A stretch of 64,000 bases of DNA from Gemmatimonadota bacterium (GTDB lineage: Bacteria; Gemmatimonadota; Gemmatimonadetes; Longimicrobiales; Gaopeijiaceae). The position numbers and the translations under genes are program-made. The notes under the pieces are model-generated. The model made no database searches, was not told where the DNA came from, and saw nothing but the letters and a program-made list of their open reading frames with translations. Positions 18,058 to 28,236 of this stretch are shown here, piece by piece. The stretch is taken from contig JAPPNO010000117.1 of assembly GCA_028873845.1 (NCBI GenBank), positions 794 to 64,793 on the forward strand, read 5' to 3'. The first letter of the stretch is position 1. Each line of letters begins with the position of its first letter.

Positions 18058-20298
18058 TCAATCCGCCGCCACCCTCCCCATGAACGCCCTCACGCGGTCG
18101 TGGCTCTTGAGCACCATCACCGTGCCCGGCGCCTCGCGCGCCACCCGTTCGGGAATCGTCCCGAACACGATGCGGCTCGAGAAGCTGTCGCCCGAGGCCC
18201 CGACCATGACCGCGTCGTACTCGTCCGCCGCGGCCACGATCGACTCGACCACGCCGGCCCCGGCCAGGACCCGCGTCTCGACCGCCGCCCCCGCCGGCAT
18301 CTCGGCCCGCTCGTCGGCCAGCCACCGCTCCCTGTCCGCACGTTTCCGCTCCGGCGCGTCCGCCGCCACCACTCCGCCCAGCGTCAGCGAACCCCCGCTC
18401 CCCTCCGTGATGCCGAGCGCGTACCCCCCTGCCTTGCGTGCATGGACGCTCCCCGCGGTGGGGAGCAGGATGCGCCTCGGCACCGCCGGCTCGGGGCCGA
18501 ACCTGACCAGCATGATGTCGGCGCGCGCCAACCGCACGACATCGTCGGTGACCTCCCCGAGGACCTTTCTCGCCTGCGTGGTGAACCCCTTCCAACCCAG
18601 CAGGATGAGGTGGGAGCGGTCTTCGTGCGCGGCTTCGAGGATGGCCCGGGCCACGTTGCGTCCCACACGCAACTCGGTCGTCACGGGCACGCCCAGCTCC
18701 CCGTCCAGCCCCTGCAGGCGCTCCAGCATGTCGTCCTCGGCGTCGATCGCCTTGCGCGCGAGCTCGGGCGGGAGCTGATCGGGGACCCGCACCACGCGCA
18801 GCACGGTGATCTCGCCGTCCCTGTGGCGGGCCAGGGTGGCGGCCATTCGGAGCAGGGGCTCGGCCGTGTGGGGATTGTAGACCGGGAGCAGGATGCGGAA
18901 GGGCGCGGTGCGCGGCGATGCGCGCAACGCGACGATGCGGGAGCCGGGCCCCGCGGGATCGGGGACCTCGAAGCGGGTGCCGCGCCAGGCGGCGTACCAG
19001 AAGAGCCCCACCAGCAGCGCGAACATGGCGAGCAGGACCGGCTGAAGATGCCCCTGCATGGGGATCTGCAGGATGAGGTAGATGTTGGCCGCGATGCCCA
19101 GCGCCGGAACCAGCGGCACCAGGGGGACCCGGAAGGGGCGCTCGATGCCGGGGTGGCGGCGGCGGTGGACGATGAGCGCCGCATTGACGAAGCAGAGCGC
19201 CAGGAGGAGTACGAGGTTGGCGAAGTGGGCGAGGTCCTCGAGGGGCAGCACGAGGGCGAAGAGGCCGATCGAGGCGCCCGCCGCGAGAACCGCCACGAAG
19301 GGTGTGTGCGTGCGCTCGCCGACCCGGCCGAAGAAGCGGGGCAGGTGGCGCCGGTGGCTCATCGACAGCGCCACCCGCGACCCGGCCAGGATCGAGGCGT
19401 TGGAGGCCGAGATCATCGAGAAGATCGCGCCGCCCACGATCACGGCGCCCCCGATCGGGCCCAGGAAGGCGCGGGCGGCCACGCCCATCGCGGCCTCGGT
19501 GTACTCGTTCAGGTCGGCCACCACCACGACCAGCACCACCAGCGCGTACAGCACCGTCACCACCAGCATCGAGATGAAGATCGCGCGCGGAATCGTCTTC
19601 GTGGGGTTGATGACCTCGCCCGCCGAGGCCGCGATCGCCGAGAACCCGAAGAAGGTGATGAAGACCAGCGCCGCGGTGGACGCGATCATCGGGAGGTCCC
19701 GGCTGAAGCGCTCGGTGACAGCCGCCGTGTCGAAGCCGCCCAGTCCCCCCGCGATGAACCACACGAGCAGCGCGATCTTGGCCACCGTGACGACGATCTG
19801 GAAGGTGCCGCTCTCCTTGGTGCCCTTGATGTTCAGGAGCGTGAGCGCGGCCAGGAAGACGAGTCCGGGCAGCGCGGCCAGTGGTACGTGCCAGATGAAT
19901 TCGTTGAAGTAGGTGGACAGGCTGGCGATGTAGAAGGCGCACGACGACGAGTAGCCCAGCAGGATGCACCAGCCCACCAGGTACGCGAGAAGCGGTGGGA
20001 AGGTCTTGCGGGCGTAGAGGTAGCCTTCGCCCGAAAACGGATAGATCGAGGTGAACTCGCAGTAGGTGAGCGCGGTGAAGGCCGCGACCACCGCCGCCAG
20101 CAGAAAGGAGACGATCGCCGCGCTGCCCACGTAGCCGACCGCCAGCCCCGAAAGCGTGAAGATTCCTGCGGCGATCATGGTGCCGGTCCCGATCGCCAGC
20201 GCCGAGACCAGTCCGAGGTCGCGGCTGAGGCCCGCGACTACGACGCCGTCGCCCTCGCCAGCGGAACCGGCAGCTCCTCCGTGGGGGCGTTCCGACAT
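18058..20298 (-). CDS. APC-family amino-acid permease fused to tandem universal-stress-protein (Usp) domains
   Basis: The N-terminal ~450 aa form about 12 hydrophobic helices (ALAIGTGTMIAAGIF...). Two Usp-like modules follow (ILLPVYNPHTAEPLL...ILLGWKG and ILLPTAGSVHARKA...AVMVGASG). The start is trimmed to MSERPHGG. Confidence 0.8.
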   Translation of the reverse strand: MSERPHGGAAGSAGEGDGVVVAGLSRDLGLVSALAIGTGTMIAAGIFTLSGLAVGYVGSAAIVSFLLAAVVAAFTALTYCEFTSIYPFSGEGYLYARKTFPPLLAYLVGWCILLGYSSSCAFYIASLSTYFNEFIWHVPLAALPGLVFLAALTLLNIKGTKESGTFQIVVTVAKIALLVWFIAGGLGGFDTAAVTERFSRDLPMIASTAALVFITFFGFSAIAASAGEVINPTKTIPRAIFISMLVVTVLYALVVLVVVVADLNEYTEAAMGVAARAFLGPIGGAVIVGGAIFSMISASNASILAGSRVALSMSHRRHLPRFFGRVGERTHTPFVAVLAAGASIGLFALVLPLEDLAHFANLVLLLALCFVNAALIVHRRRHPGIERPFRVPLVPLVPALGIAANIYLILQIPMQGHLQPVLLAMFALLVGLFWYAAWRGTRFEVPDPAGPGSRIVALRASPRTAPFRILLPVYNPHTAEPLLRMAATLARHRDGEITVLRVVRVPDQLPPELARKAIDAEDDMLERLQGLDGELGVPVTTELRVGRNVARAILEAAHEDRSHLILLGWKGFTTQARKVLGEVTDDVVRLARADIMLVRFGPEPAVPRRILLPTAGSVHARKAGGYALGITEGSGGSLTLGGVVAADAPERKRADRERWLADERAEMPAGAAVETRVLAGAGVVESIVAAADEYDAVMVGASGDSFSSRIVFGTIPERVAREAPGTVMVLKSHDRVRAFMGRVAAD

Positions 20299-20311
20299 TG
20301 TGGGGCCGTGG

Positions 20312-20830
20312 TCAGCCCTCGGGAGTGTCGGCAAGCACCTTCCGCACCTCATCCTGCACGCCTTCGGCCATCGGATCGAATCCACCCGTCCACCTGCGGA
20401 CCAGGCGTCCCTCGGCATCCATCAGGAACGTCCCGGGCAGGCCGAGGAGGCCGTACTTGTCCGAGATCTCCCAGGAGGGATCGTGGTAGATGGGGAAGTC
20501 GATGTCGAGTTCGTCGAGGAATTCGAGCATCGTAGCGCGCGAACCGCGGTCGTCGACGCTGACGCCCACGACCTGGAATCCCTGTTCCGAAAAGGTGTCG
20601 TGAAGCTCCTGGAGCGCGGGCATCTCGTGGCGGCAGGGGGCGCACCATGTGGCCCATATGTTGAGCATGTACGGCGCGCCCACCAGGCTGGAGCCGTCGA
20701 ATTCCTCGCCGTCCAGGGTCGCCGCCGTAAAGGCCGGAACCTTGTCGCCGGGCTGCAGGGGTTTGAAATCGGGCATGTTGCACGCCACCCACGCCAGGGC
20801 TGCGACCAGTACCACCACGCATCTCTTCAC
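20312..20830 (-). CDS. TlpA-family thiol:disulfide oxidoreductase (lipoprotein)
   Basis: WATWCAPCRHEMP supplies the CxxC thioredoxin motif and LAWVAC is a lipobox. The GTG at 20830 is preceded by GGAGGG. Confidence 0.8.
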   Translation of the reverse strand: MKRCVVVLVAALAWVACNMPDFKPLQPGDKVPAFTAATLDGEEFDGSSLVGAPYMLNIWATWCAPCRHEMPALQELHDTFSEQGFQVVGVSVDDRGSRATMLEFLDELDIDFPIYHDPSWEISDKYGLLGLPGTFLMDAEGRLVRRWTGGFDPMAEGVQDEVRKVLADTPEG

Positions 20831-21108
20831 GGGAATCCCTCCGTCTGGACTTTCCAACCTCACGGCCACAACCTACCCACGGGGCGCGGGCGAGCCAATG
20901 GCGCGGCGCGCCGGACGTGTCCGTGCGGCGGCCGCGGGCAACCCCGGCCCGAAGGACAAACGCCGAATCTACAGGAGGCTACGCCGGAACCAGCCGGCTC
21001 CGTCGAGCGTATGGACCGGCGTGCCCCCCGGCGCCCGGTCCCGCGCAGCGGGCCGCCGGCGCCCCCGTTCGGACGAAAGCAGCGTTTCCTCAGCCGGGAA
21101 TGTGAGAC

Positions 21109-21795
21109 ATGACCACGGATCGATCCTCATCCACCGCGCGCCGGAAGCTCATCTTCCTCGCCGGTTTCACCGTATACTTCGCCGCGGTGTGGCTCCTGTG
21201 GGACACACCGGCCATCTATCCCCTCAAGATCTTCGTGGTCATGCTCCACGAGATCAGCCACGGCATCGCGTCCCTGGCCACCGGCGGGACGATCGACAAG
21301 ATCGTACTGGACCCCTACCAGGGGGGCGCCTGCCACTGCGGCGGCGGCAGCGCCTTCCTGACGCTTTCGGCAGGGTATCTCGGCAGCCTGCTGTGGGGTG
21401 TCGTGCTGCTCGGGCTCGCCGGTACGCAGCGGGTATCGAACCATGTGCTCCTCACCGTGGTCGGCGGCCTGGTGGTCCTGCTCACGGCGCTGTACGTGAG
21501 GAACGGCTTCGGGCTGCTCTTCGGGCTGGGGTTCGGGACGGCGCTCGTGCTGGCGGGCCGCAAACTGGGGGCGACGGCGTGCCGGGTGGTTCTGACCGCG
21601 CTGGGCCTGACCAGCTGCCTCTACGCGATCCTGGACATCAAGAGCGACGTGCTCGACCGGCCACACCTGCAGTCCGACGCGGCCATGCTGGCCGAGATCA
21701 CGCCGTTGTCGACGACGGCGTGGGGCGTGGTGTGGATCGGGGTGGCGGTGATCGTGAGCGGGGTGGTGTTCGTGAGGGCGTATCGGGCGGCTTGA
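21109..21795 (+). CDS. M50B-like membrane metallopeptidase
   Basis: The HEISH (HExxH) motif sits in the second hydrophobic helix. The protein has about six membrane helices in total. Confidence 0.75.
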   Translation: MTTDRSSSTARRKLIFLAGFTVYFAAVWLLWDTPAIYPLKIFVVMLHEISHGIASLATGGTIDKIVLDPYQGGACHCGGGSAFLTLSAGYLGSLLWGVVLLGLAGTQRVSNHVLLTVVGGLVVLLTALYVRNGFGLLFGLGFGTALVLAGRKLGATACRVVLTALGLTSCLYAILDIKSDVLDRPHLQSDAAMLAEITPLSTTAWGVVWIGVAVIVSGVVFVRAYRAA

Positions 21796-21833
21796 GGGGG
21801 GGACATGCTGCTCAGCCGGACTCTCATGCGCGG

Positions 21834-23399
21834 CTACGCCTCTTCACGCGCCGTCCCCACCTCGAACCCCACCACGTTCCGGGTCTCCCTGCTGAACTCC
21901 ACCCCCACCAGAAACACCTCCCCGCCCCCACCCCGGTACTTCTCCGCGTACCCCCTCTCCTGAAGCTGCGCCATCGCCGCCCCCTCCGGCTCCATTTCCA
22001 CCACCTTGAACTCGAACAGGAAGACATCGCCGCCAAATCGCACCGCCATGTCCAGGCGGCCGTGACTGCTGCTGTCTTCCACCGTCACATCCAGCCCCAG
22101 CGCCGCGAAGTACGAGTAGAACACGCTCGCGTAGTAGCCTTCGTAGTTCGCGATGTCGTTGTTCGTGTACCACTCGTACGGGATGCTCGCGAAGAACGCC
22201 CGGAACAGGCTCCTGAGTCCATCGAAGTCCTTCCGCTCCAGGAGTTCGTACAGCCGGACGCTGTTCGCGATCTGCCGTGTGCCGTCCTTGACCAGGTAGC
22301 GTAGCAGGCTCCCGTTGAGGCTCTGCCGCACTTCGCGGTTGGGGTAGCCCAGGCGGTATAGCCGGTTGCCGGCAAGGTCCGACTCGCCCGTGATCGTCAG
22401 GTAGCCGGTCTGGAAGAGCAGCGCCTCGGTCGCCATGTCGTCCACATCGAAGGCTGACAACAGCTCCTCGCTTCCGACCATGCCGTCCAGTTCAACCGAA
22501 CTCACGCGACGGCGAAACAGCGTGTCGAGCAGGAAGGTGGGAGTACCGGTCTCGAACCAGTACGCTCCGAACTTCCGGCGGCGGAACAGCAAGAGGACAT
22601 CGAAGGGATTGTAGACCTCCTCTCCCAGCCAGCGGTAGCCGTTGTACCAATCACGGATCGCGTCCCGATCCAGCCCGTCCAGTTCCGGGGTGAACACGGT
22701 GTCCAGATCGGGGTCGGTGTATCCGCAGACAGCCGAGAATGCGGGCTCCAGGGTGATGTCGATCAGGTTGTTGAGGCCAGAGAACAAGCTCACCTTCGAG
22801 AACTTGCTCACCCCCGTGAAGAAGCTGAAGCGGATGTCCGCATCGGAGTCCTTGACGACACCGTAGACACCTCGCAGGTAGTCGCGGTTGGTGCGAGCGA
22901 CCTCCGGGGTGTCGAGAGCGTCGAGGATCGGTTTGTCGTACTCGTCGACCAGCACCGCGACCGGCCGACCGTCCTGCAGGCGCAGCGCTTCGACCAGGGC
23001 CGCAAGGCGTTCGGGTCCGGTGTCGTAGGTCGTGGCGACGCCCGAACGGCGTTCCACCGAATCGAGTTGCGCCATGAGGTTCGTGTGCAGCGCGCCCGGC
23101 TCTTTGAAGTGACCCCCGCTGAAGCTGAGTCGGATGACGGGATTGCGGGCGGACCAGTCCCATTTGTCGTGGATGTCCAGCCCGCGGAACAGGGCCTCGC
23201 TGCCCTTGAACAGTTCCCTGAGCGTATCGACGAAGAGGCTCTTGCCGAAGCGGCGGGGGCGGGAAAGGAAGTAGTGGGTCCCCCCATCGATGAGGCGGCC
23301 CAGAAAGGGGGTCTTGTCAACGTAGTAGTATCCCCCCTCCCTGATACGGCGGAAGGTCTGAATGCCGATGGGCAGCTTGCGCCGGGCCTGGGAAGTCAT
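21834..23399 (-). CDS. AAA-ATPase-like N-domain + PD-(D/E)XK nuclease C-domain protein (DUF1703/PDDEXK_9 type)
   Basis: SRPRRFGKS is Walker-A-like and VAVLVDEYDKP is Walker-B-like. The C-terminal GRLDMAV...VFLFEFKV gives a D...E-x-K nuclease motif. Third codon positions look visibly less GC-rich than in the neighbouring genes. Confidence 0.85.
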   Translation of the reverse strand: MTSQARRKLPIGIQTFRRIREGGYYYVDKTPFLGRLIDGGTHYFLSRPRRFGKSLFVDTLRELFKGSEALFRGLDIHDKWDWSARNPVIRLSFSGGHFKEPGALHTNLMAQLDSVERRSGVATTYDTGPERLAALVEALRLQDGRPVAVLVDEYDKPILDALDTPEVARTNRDYLRGVYGVVKDSDADIRFSFFTGVSKFSKVSLFSGLNNLIDITLEPAFSAVCGYTDPDLDTVFTPELDGLDRDAIRDWYNGYRWLGEEVYNPFDVLLLFRRRKFGAYWFETGTPTFLLDTLFRRRVSSVELDGMVGSEELLSAFDVDDMATEALLFQTGYLTITGESDLAGNRLYRLGYPNREVRQSLNGSLLRYLVKDGTRQIANSVRLYELLERKDFDGLRSLFRAFFASIPYEWYTNNDIANYEGYYASVFYSYFAALGLDVTVEDSSSHGRLDMAVRFGGDVFLFEFKVVEMEPEGAAMAQLQERGYAEKYRGGGGEVFLVGVEFSRETRNVVGFEVGTAREEA

Positions 23400-23600
23400 C
23401 AGATCCCCTTGAGGGTCGATTGGGACACACTCGCAAGGACGCTAGGCGGACCGTCATTGGCTAGCAACCCCGGGAGCAGCCGCAGGGGGGGCGGTCGGAC
23501 GGCAGGCAGCCGGGAGTGGCCGGTGGCAGCCGCATGGCACAGCCCCCGAACGGACCCTGCCCATCTGGCGCCGCTTCGCCGGAGGATCGAATCTACAGCC

Positions 23601-26357
23601 ATGCGCACCGCCCGCCTGATCCTCCTGCTCACCGCCCTTGCCCCCTTCCGCGCCGCCGCCCAGCCGGTCGTCGGCGTGGTCGTCGAGGAAGGCTCGGGGA
23701 CGCCGGTGCCGGGCGCCATGGTCATCCTCTACGACAGCACGGGGACGCAGGTGGCGAGGGTGCTCAGCAACGCGGCCGGGAGGTTCCTCGTCCACGCAGA
23801 TGAACCCGGTCCCCACTACATCACCGTGGAGCGGATCGGGTACGCCAACTGGACCACGGACCGCTTCGAGCCGGAGGCCGGCGGCGGCCTGCTCACCATC
23901 GCGGTCCCGGTGCAGGCGATTCCCCTCGACGGGCTGGACGTGTCGGGCGGACGGCGATGCGAGGTGAGACCCGAGGAGGGACGGGCGACGGCGCGGGTCT
24001 GGGAGGAGGTGCGGAAGGCCCTGTCGGCGGAGGAGTACACGCGCCGGGAGTCGCTCTATCGCTACACCCTGGCCCGCTACGAGCGAACGCTGGACCGCGA
24101 CGCCGAGCACGTCCTCCAAGGCGATACCACGATCGTGGAGAACCTGGCGGCAGCCTTTGTGTCGGTGCCGGTCGAGTACCTCGCGAGCCGGGGGTTCGTA
24201 CAGGCGGCCGAGGACAGCACCACGGTCTACTTCGCCCCGGACGCGGGGGCGCTCATCTCCGGTCCTTTCCTGGATTCGCACTGCTTCGGGCTGCGCGAGG
24301 GGGAGGATGGCAGGATCGGCCTCATCTTCCGGCCGGTCGAGGGTCGCGAGGTGCCCGATATCGGCGGCGTGCTCTGGGTGAACGCGGCCACGTCGGAGCT
24401 GGAGCGCATGGAGTTCGTCTACCTCAACCTGATCCGCTCGCGCGAGGTGGGGGAGCCGGGCGGAGAGGTGGCCTTCACGCGGCTGCCGGATGGTGCGTGG
24501 ATCGTGCGCGAATGGCGGATCCGGATGCCGCACCTCGTGCCGGATCTGCTCGGCCGCGTCTGGAGAAGCGCCTACCGCGAAGAAGGAGGGGTCACCTGGG
24601 CGATCACGGACCCGCGCGGCAGAACCATCCTGCACGCCGAGTCAGCCACCGTTTCGGGGGTGGTCACCGGCCCGTCCGGGACGGGGCCTCCGCCCGGGCC
24701 CGTCGTCGTCGAGGTCCTGGGAACGCCCCTGCGCGCCATTACGGAAGAAGACGGCACCTTCCTGCTGTCGAGCCTTCGGCAGGGACGGCATGTCCTCCGC
24801 GTCCAGCGGCCGCTCCTCTCCAACTGGGGCATCGCGTCGCCCCGCGAGGTGGCGGCCGAGGGCAGACCGGGAGAGGTCACGCACGTCCGGATGCGAACGC
24901 CGACGATTGCGGACGCGCTGGATGCCTCGTGCGGCGGAGCGCCCCGTCCAGCGGAGACGGCCCCGTTCCTGGGCCGCATCACCACGATCGACGGTACCCC
25001 GAGGGACGAGATGAGGGTGGAGGTCCGGTGGCCTCGGGCTTCGGGTTACTCGGCGGCGGCCGTCGCGGCGCCGCGTGGCCCGCGGGGGACGCCGGAACCG
25101 GCGTGGACCGTCGGCCGGGAGGGTGCCTTCGTCACAGCCGCGACGACCACCGACTGGCGTGGCCTCTTCCTGCTCTGCGACGTGCCCACGGGCTCGCGCC
25201 TGCGGGTGAGCGTGAACGGTCCGGCGGACGATGACTCCGCGCTCAGGACAACGTTCTTCGTTCCACCAGGGGAAGCCACCGTCGTCGAAAACCTGGTCGT
25301 TCCGACCGCGGAGGACCGAATGTCAACCGTGGTTGTCAAAATGGAAGGCGCAGTTGACCGCCCGGCGCTGGATTCGGTGGTCGATCCTGAACAGGACGCC
25401 CCCTCGCCGACCGCACCCCGGCCCGTTGCGGACACGACGCAGTACCGCGTGACCCTGCACCTGCGCGATGCGGAGGACGGCGAGCCGCTGCTGGGCGCCC
25501 TGATCGAGCTGTCGGGCCACCCCAGGCCCTACGTGACCGGAATGAACGGGCAGGTCTCGATGGAGGTCAGGGCGGGACGTCACACCCTTGCCGTCAACAA
25601 GGGTGGGTACACGACGCTCTACGGGGCCTTCCTGGTGGTCGGCGATGGAGACCTGGGTGTCAGCTTGCGCGAGTTGGGCGACGTGGACACGAGCATTCCC
25701 CAACGGCTGCTCGTACGCGTCTCGGAATTCGGATCGGGGCGTCTGATTCAGGGGGCATCCGTTTCGGTTCCGGGAGAGAGGGCCCGGCTGTCGGACGGGG
25801 AGGGATCGGTCGTATTCGAGGATCTGCGGGGACCCGTTGTGGAGGTCGGCGTGGAGGGCTTCGGCTACGAATCGCACACCGAGCCGGTGACGCTGACCGA
25901 GGACGGGACGACGGTCGTCGAGGTGGCGATGGCGATCAACGCACTGGTCCTCGATCCCCTCCAGGTGGAGGTGGAATCCGGCTTCCTGGAAAGGATGGGC
26001 GTGTACTGGAGGGTCGACCGGGGCTGGCCGGACACCCTCCTGACCCGGGAGGCGATCACGGAGCACGGCGAACCGAATCTGGCGGACGCCTTCCGCAAAC
26101 TGCCCGGGGTCATGGTGAACTTCAAGGGGCCCATCGTCATCCTGACGACTTACGGCGGCTGTGAGATACCGGTCCTGCTGGACGGCCGGCCCGTGGGGCG
26201 CAGCGTGGTGGGGCTGAGCCTCAACGACATTCCGGCCGAGTATCTGGAAATGGCCGAGGTCTATCAACCGGGGCGGGTGCCCGGCCGATTCGGGAGGAGT
26301 CCGTGCGGAATCATTCTGCTGTGGTCCCGGGAGGCGGCCCTTACCTCACCCTCCTGA
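23601..26357 (+). CDS. multi-CarboxypepD_reg protein with C-terminal TonB-plug-like domain and no barrel
   Basis: Signal MRTARLILLLTALAPFRAAAQ. Several CarboxypepD_reg-like modules follow (VVGVVVEEGSGTPVPGAMV, VSGVVTGPSG, LGRITTIDGTP, VTLHLRDAEDGEPLLGALI). The C-terminus reads LADAFRKLPGVMVNFKG...VLLDGRPVG...EMAEVYQPGRVPGRFG, which is plug-like. The track ORF is trimmed to the ATG at 23601. Confidence 0.8.
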   Translation: MRTARLILLLTALAPFRAAAQPVVGVVVEEGSGTPVPGAMVILYDSTGTQVARVLSNAAGRFLVHADEPGPHYITVERIGYANWTTDRFEPEAGGGLLTIAVPVQAIPLDGLDVSGGRRCEVRPEEGRATARVWEEVRKALSAEEYTRRESLYRYTLARYERTLDRDAEHVLQGDTTIVENLAAAFVSVPVEYLASRGFVQAAEDSTTVYFAPDAGALISGPFLDSHCFGLREGEDGRIGLIFRPVEGREVPDIGGVLWVNAATSELERMEFVYLNLIRSREVGEPGGEVAFTRLPDGAWIVREWRIRMPHLVPDLLGRVWRSAYREEGGVTWAITDPRGRTILHAESATVSGVVTGPSGTGPPPGPVVVEVLGTPLRAITEEDGTFLLSSLRQGRHVLRVQRPLLSNWGIASPREVAAEGRPGEVTHVRMRTPTIADALDASCGGAPRPAETAPFLGRITTIDGTPRDEMRVEVRWPRASGYSAAAVAAPRGPRGTPEPAWTVGREGAFVTAATTTDWRGLFLLCDVPTGSRLRVSVNGPADDDSALRTTFFVPPGEATVVENLVVPTAEDRMSTVVVKMEGAVDRPALDSVVDPEQDAPSPTAPRPVADTTQYRVTLHLRDAEDGEPLLGALIELSGHPRPYVTGMNGQVSMEVRAGRHTLAVNKGGYTTLYGAFLVVGDGDLGVSLRELGDVDTSIPQRLLVRVSEFGSGRLIQGASVSVPGERARLSDGEGSVVFEDLRGPVVEVGVEGFGYESHTEPVTLTEDGTTVVEVAMAINALVLDPLQVEVESGFLERMGVYWRVDRGWPDTLLTREAITEHGEPNLADAFRKLPGVMVNFKGPIVILTTYGGCEIPVLLDGRPVGRSVVGLSLNDIPAEYLEMAEVYQPGRVPGRFGRSPCGIILLWSREAALTSPS

Positions 26358-26360
26358 CCC

Positions 26361-28115
26361 CTACCCCTCCCGCTCGAAGACCACCTCACCGTTGAAGACG
26401 GTCATCTCGCAGGCCATGTCGCGGAGTTCGTCGGTGGGCACGGTGAGCGGGTCGCGGTCCCAGACGGCCAGGTCCGCATACTTGCCGGGCTCGATCGTCC
26501 CCACCCTGTCCTCCAGAAACATCTGGTGCGCGGCCCACACGGTGAACGAGCGCAACGCGGTCGCGGCATCCACCGACTGCGCGTCGCCGTAGGGCTCGTC
26601 TCCGTACACCCCGAGCAGCGGACGTCGCGCGACCGAAGCCCATACACCGTAACGGGCCGGAAACGGCGTGACGAAGAAGTCCGAGCCGCTCGCCCAGATC
26701 ATCCCGCGGTCCCGGTAGGATCGCAGCGGGTTCAGGCGCAGGGCGCGTTCGGGGCCGAAGTTGCCGGCGTAGGTGTCGCCGATCCACCAGGTGAAGGTCG
26801 GGGACGGCTCAGGGTAGCCCGCCTGCCACTCGCGCTGGAGTTCGGCCATGGCGTCGAGGGCGCGGTCGGTGGGGATGTTCGAGTGGATGATGCCGTGGCG
26901 AAGCCCCTTCGTGGGCGTGGCCGCGAGGGCCTCCCGGAAGCTCTCGACCGTCCAGTCGATGGCGCGGTCGCCGATGGAGTGGATGCTCACGTGGAGGCCG
27001 GCGTCGTGATAGGCGCGGAAGCGCTGGCGCAGCTGGTCGGGGTCCATGGTGGGATAGCCGCGGTTGCCGGTGTCGGTGCCGGTGAACTCGCGGTTCCAGT
27101 CGTCGTATAGCCACGCCGTGCGTGCGCCCCCGCTGCCGTCGATGTAGAGCTTGACGCCGCCCGCGATGAGGCGGTCGTCGCCGGTGGATTCGTAGGGGCG
27201 GGTGAATGTGGCGAGGCGTTCCGCGTAGGCGCGTACCTCCTCGATGGTGCCGTCCAGTTCGCTCCAGAGCACGAAGACGCGCACCGTTAGGTCGCCGTCG
27301 GCGAGGACATCGGCGTACGCGTCCCAGGTGGCCTGCACGATCCCCGGGTCCTTGGCGCCGGTCATGCACTCGGCGTTGAAGGCGCCGGCCAGGGCGCGGA
27401 TGCCTTCGCGCTGCTCGTCGGCACCGAGACGCGGGATGAGACGGGTGACGAGACCCATCGCCGACTCCTTCAGGACGCCGGTGGGGCGCCCCTCGCCGTC
27501 GCGGTCGATGGTGCCGCCGGGGGGATCGGGGGTGTCCGCCGTGATGCCCGCCATCTCGAGCGCGACCGAGTTGGCCGTGCCGTAGTGCCCCATCGTGTGC
27601 ATCAGCCAAACGGGCCGGCCCTCGTCCACCGCGTCCAGGTCGGACGCCAGGATGTAGCGCACCTCCTCCAGCTTTCCCTCGTCCCAGCCGCCGCCCCGCA
27701 CCCACTCCCGCTCGCCCACGCGGCCGGCCTGCCCGGCCACCATGGCCTGCACGTCGGCGATGTTCTCGACGTTCGGGTAACTCATGTCGAGACGATAGAG
27801 CCGGTTCGCGCCCCCGCTCGCGAAGTGTACGTGCGCGTCCATGAGGCCGGGGGTGACGGCGCGGCCCGCCAGATCCACACGGCGCGTTTCCGGCCCCGCC
27901 ATGGCCTCGATTTCGGCCACTGGGCCCACCGCCACCACCCTGTCTCCCCGCACCGCCACCGCCTCCGCCACCCGGTTCTCCGCGTCGAGGGTGATCACGC
28001 GGCCGCCCGTCAGCACGAGATCGGCGGGAGCGGCAGCGTTGTCGGCGCAACCGGCCAGGACCACCCCGCCCATCACCACGAAACGGGTTGCCTTGCGCGT
28101 CACGGATCTGTTCAC
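26361..28115 (-). CDS. amidohydrolase-family (Amidohydro_3-like) metal hydrolase, lipoprotein
   Basis: [13 protein letters not shown] is an HxH metal motif, with [10 protein letters not shown] and [10 protein letters not shown] downstream. The GTG at 28115 gives the signal [23 protein letters not shown]. Longer starts at 28151 and 28256 are possible but would place the lipobox too far in. Confidence 0.8.
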   Translation of the reverse strand: MNRSVTRKATRFVVMGGVVLAGCADNAAAPADLVLTGGRVITLDAENRVAEAVAVRGDRVVAVGPVAEIEAMAGPETRRVDLAGRAVTPGLMDAHVHFASGGANRLYRLDMSYPNVENIADVQAMVAGQAGRVGEREWVRGGGWDEGKLEEVRYILASDLDAVDEGRPVWLMHTMGHYGTANSVALEMAGITADTPDPPGGTIDRDGEGRPTGVLKESAMGLVTRLIPRLGADEQREGIRALAGAFNAECMTGAKDPGIVQATWDAYADVLADGDLTVRVFVLWSELDGTIEEVRAYAERLATFTRPYESTGDDRLIAGGVKLYIDGSGGARTAWLYDDWNREFTGTDTGNRGYPTMDPDQLRQRFRAYHDAGLHVSIHSIGDRAIDWTVESFREALAATPTKGLRHGIIHSNIPTDRALDAMAELQREWQAGYPEPSPTFTWWIGDTYAGNFGPERALRLNPLRSYRDRGMIWASGSDFFVTPFPARYGVWASVARRPLLGVYGDEPYGDAQSVDAATALRSFTVWAAHQMFLEDRVGTIEPGKYADLAVWDRDPLTVPTDELRDMACEMTVFNGEVVFEREG

Positions 28116-28182
28116 GGAAATCCCTTTCTGAAGCTGCGAGGCCACCACCATCCCCAGGGGCAGCACAATGCCGGACCCGCGA

Positions 28183-28236
28183 GACCTTCCCGGCGGATTC
28201 CCGGCCGATGATTCCCGGCCGATGACCTTGCCCGCC
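28183..28236. repeat. four head-to-tail 13-14-nt direct repeats (two central copies identical)
   Basis: The units are gaccttcccggcg | gattcccggccgat | gattcccggccgat | gaccttgcccgcc. They sit in the divergent region between the amidohydrolase and the cytochrome-PQQ gene. Confidence 0.7.

Noticed and set aside
18038-19969. N-terminal extension of track ORF 16496-19969
   Set aside because: It is an out-of-frame overlap with the permease gene on the same strand. The GlpD homology, including the FAD GxGxxG site, starts right after the ATG at 18037.
18100-20535. 811-aa plus-strand ORF
   Set aside because: It lies antisense to the APC permease/Usp gene, and its His/Arg/Asp/Gly-rich product does not look like a protein.
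23415-23430. tcgattgggac upstream of the AAA/PD-(D/E)XK gene, resembling one half-site of the 47-nt repeat
   Set aside because: Only 11 nt match and the rest of the repeat is absent, so this is within chance expectation.
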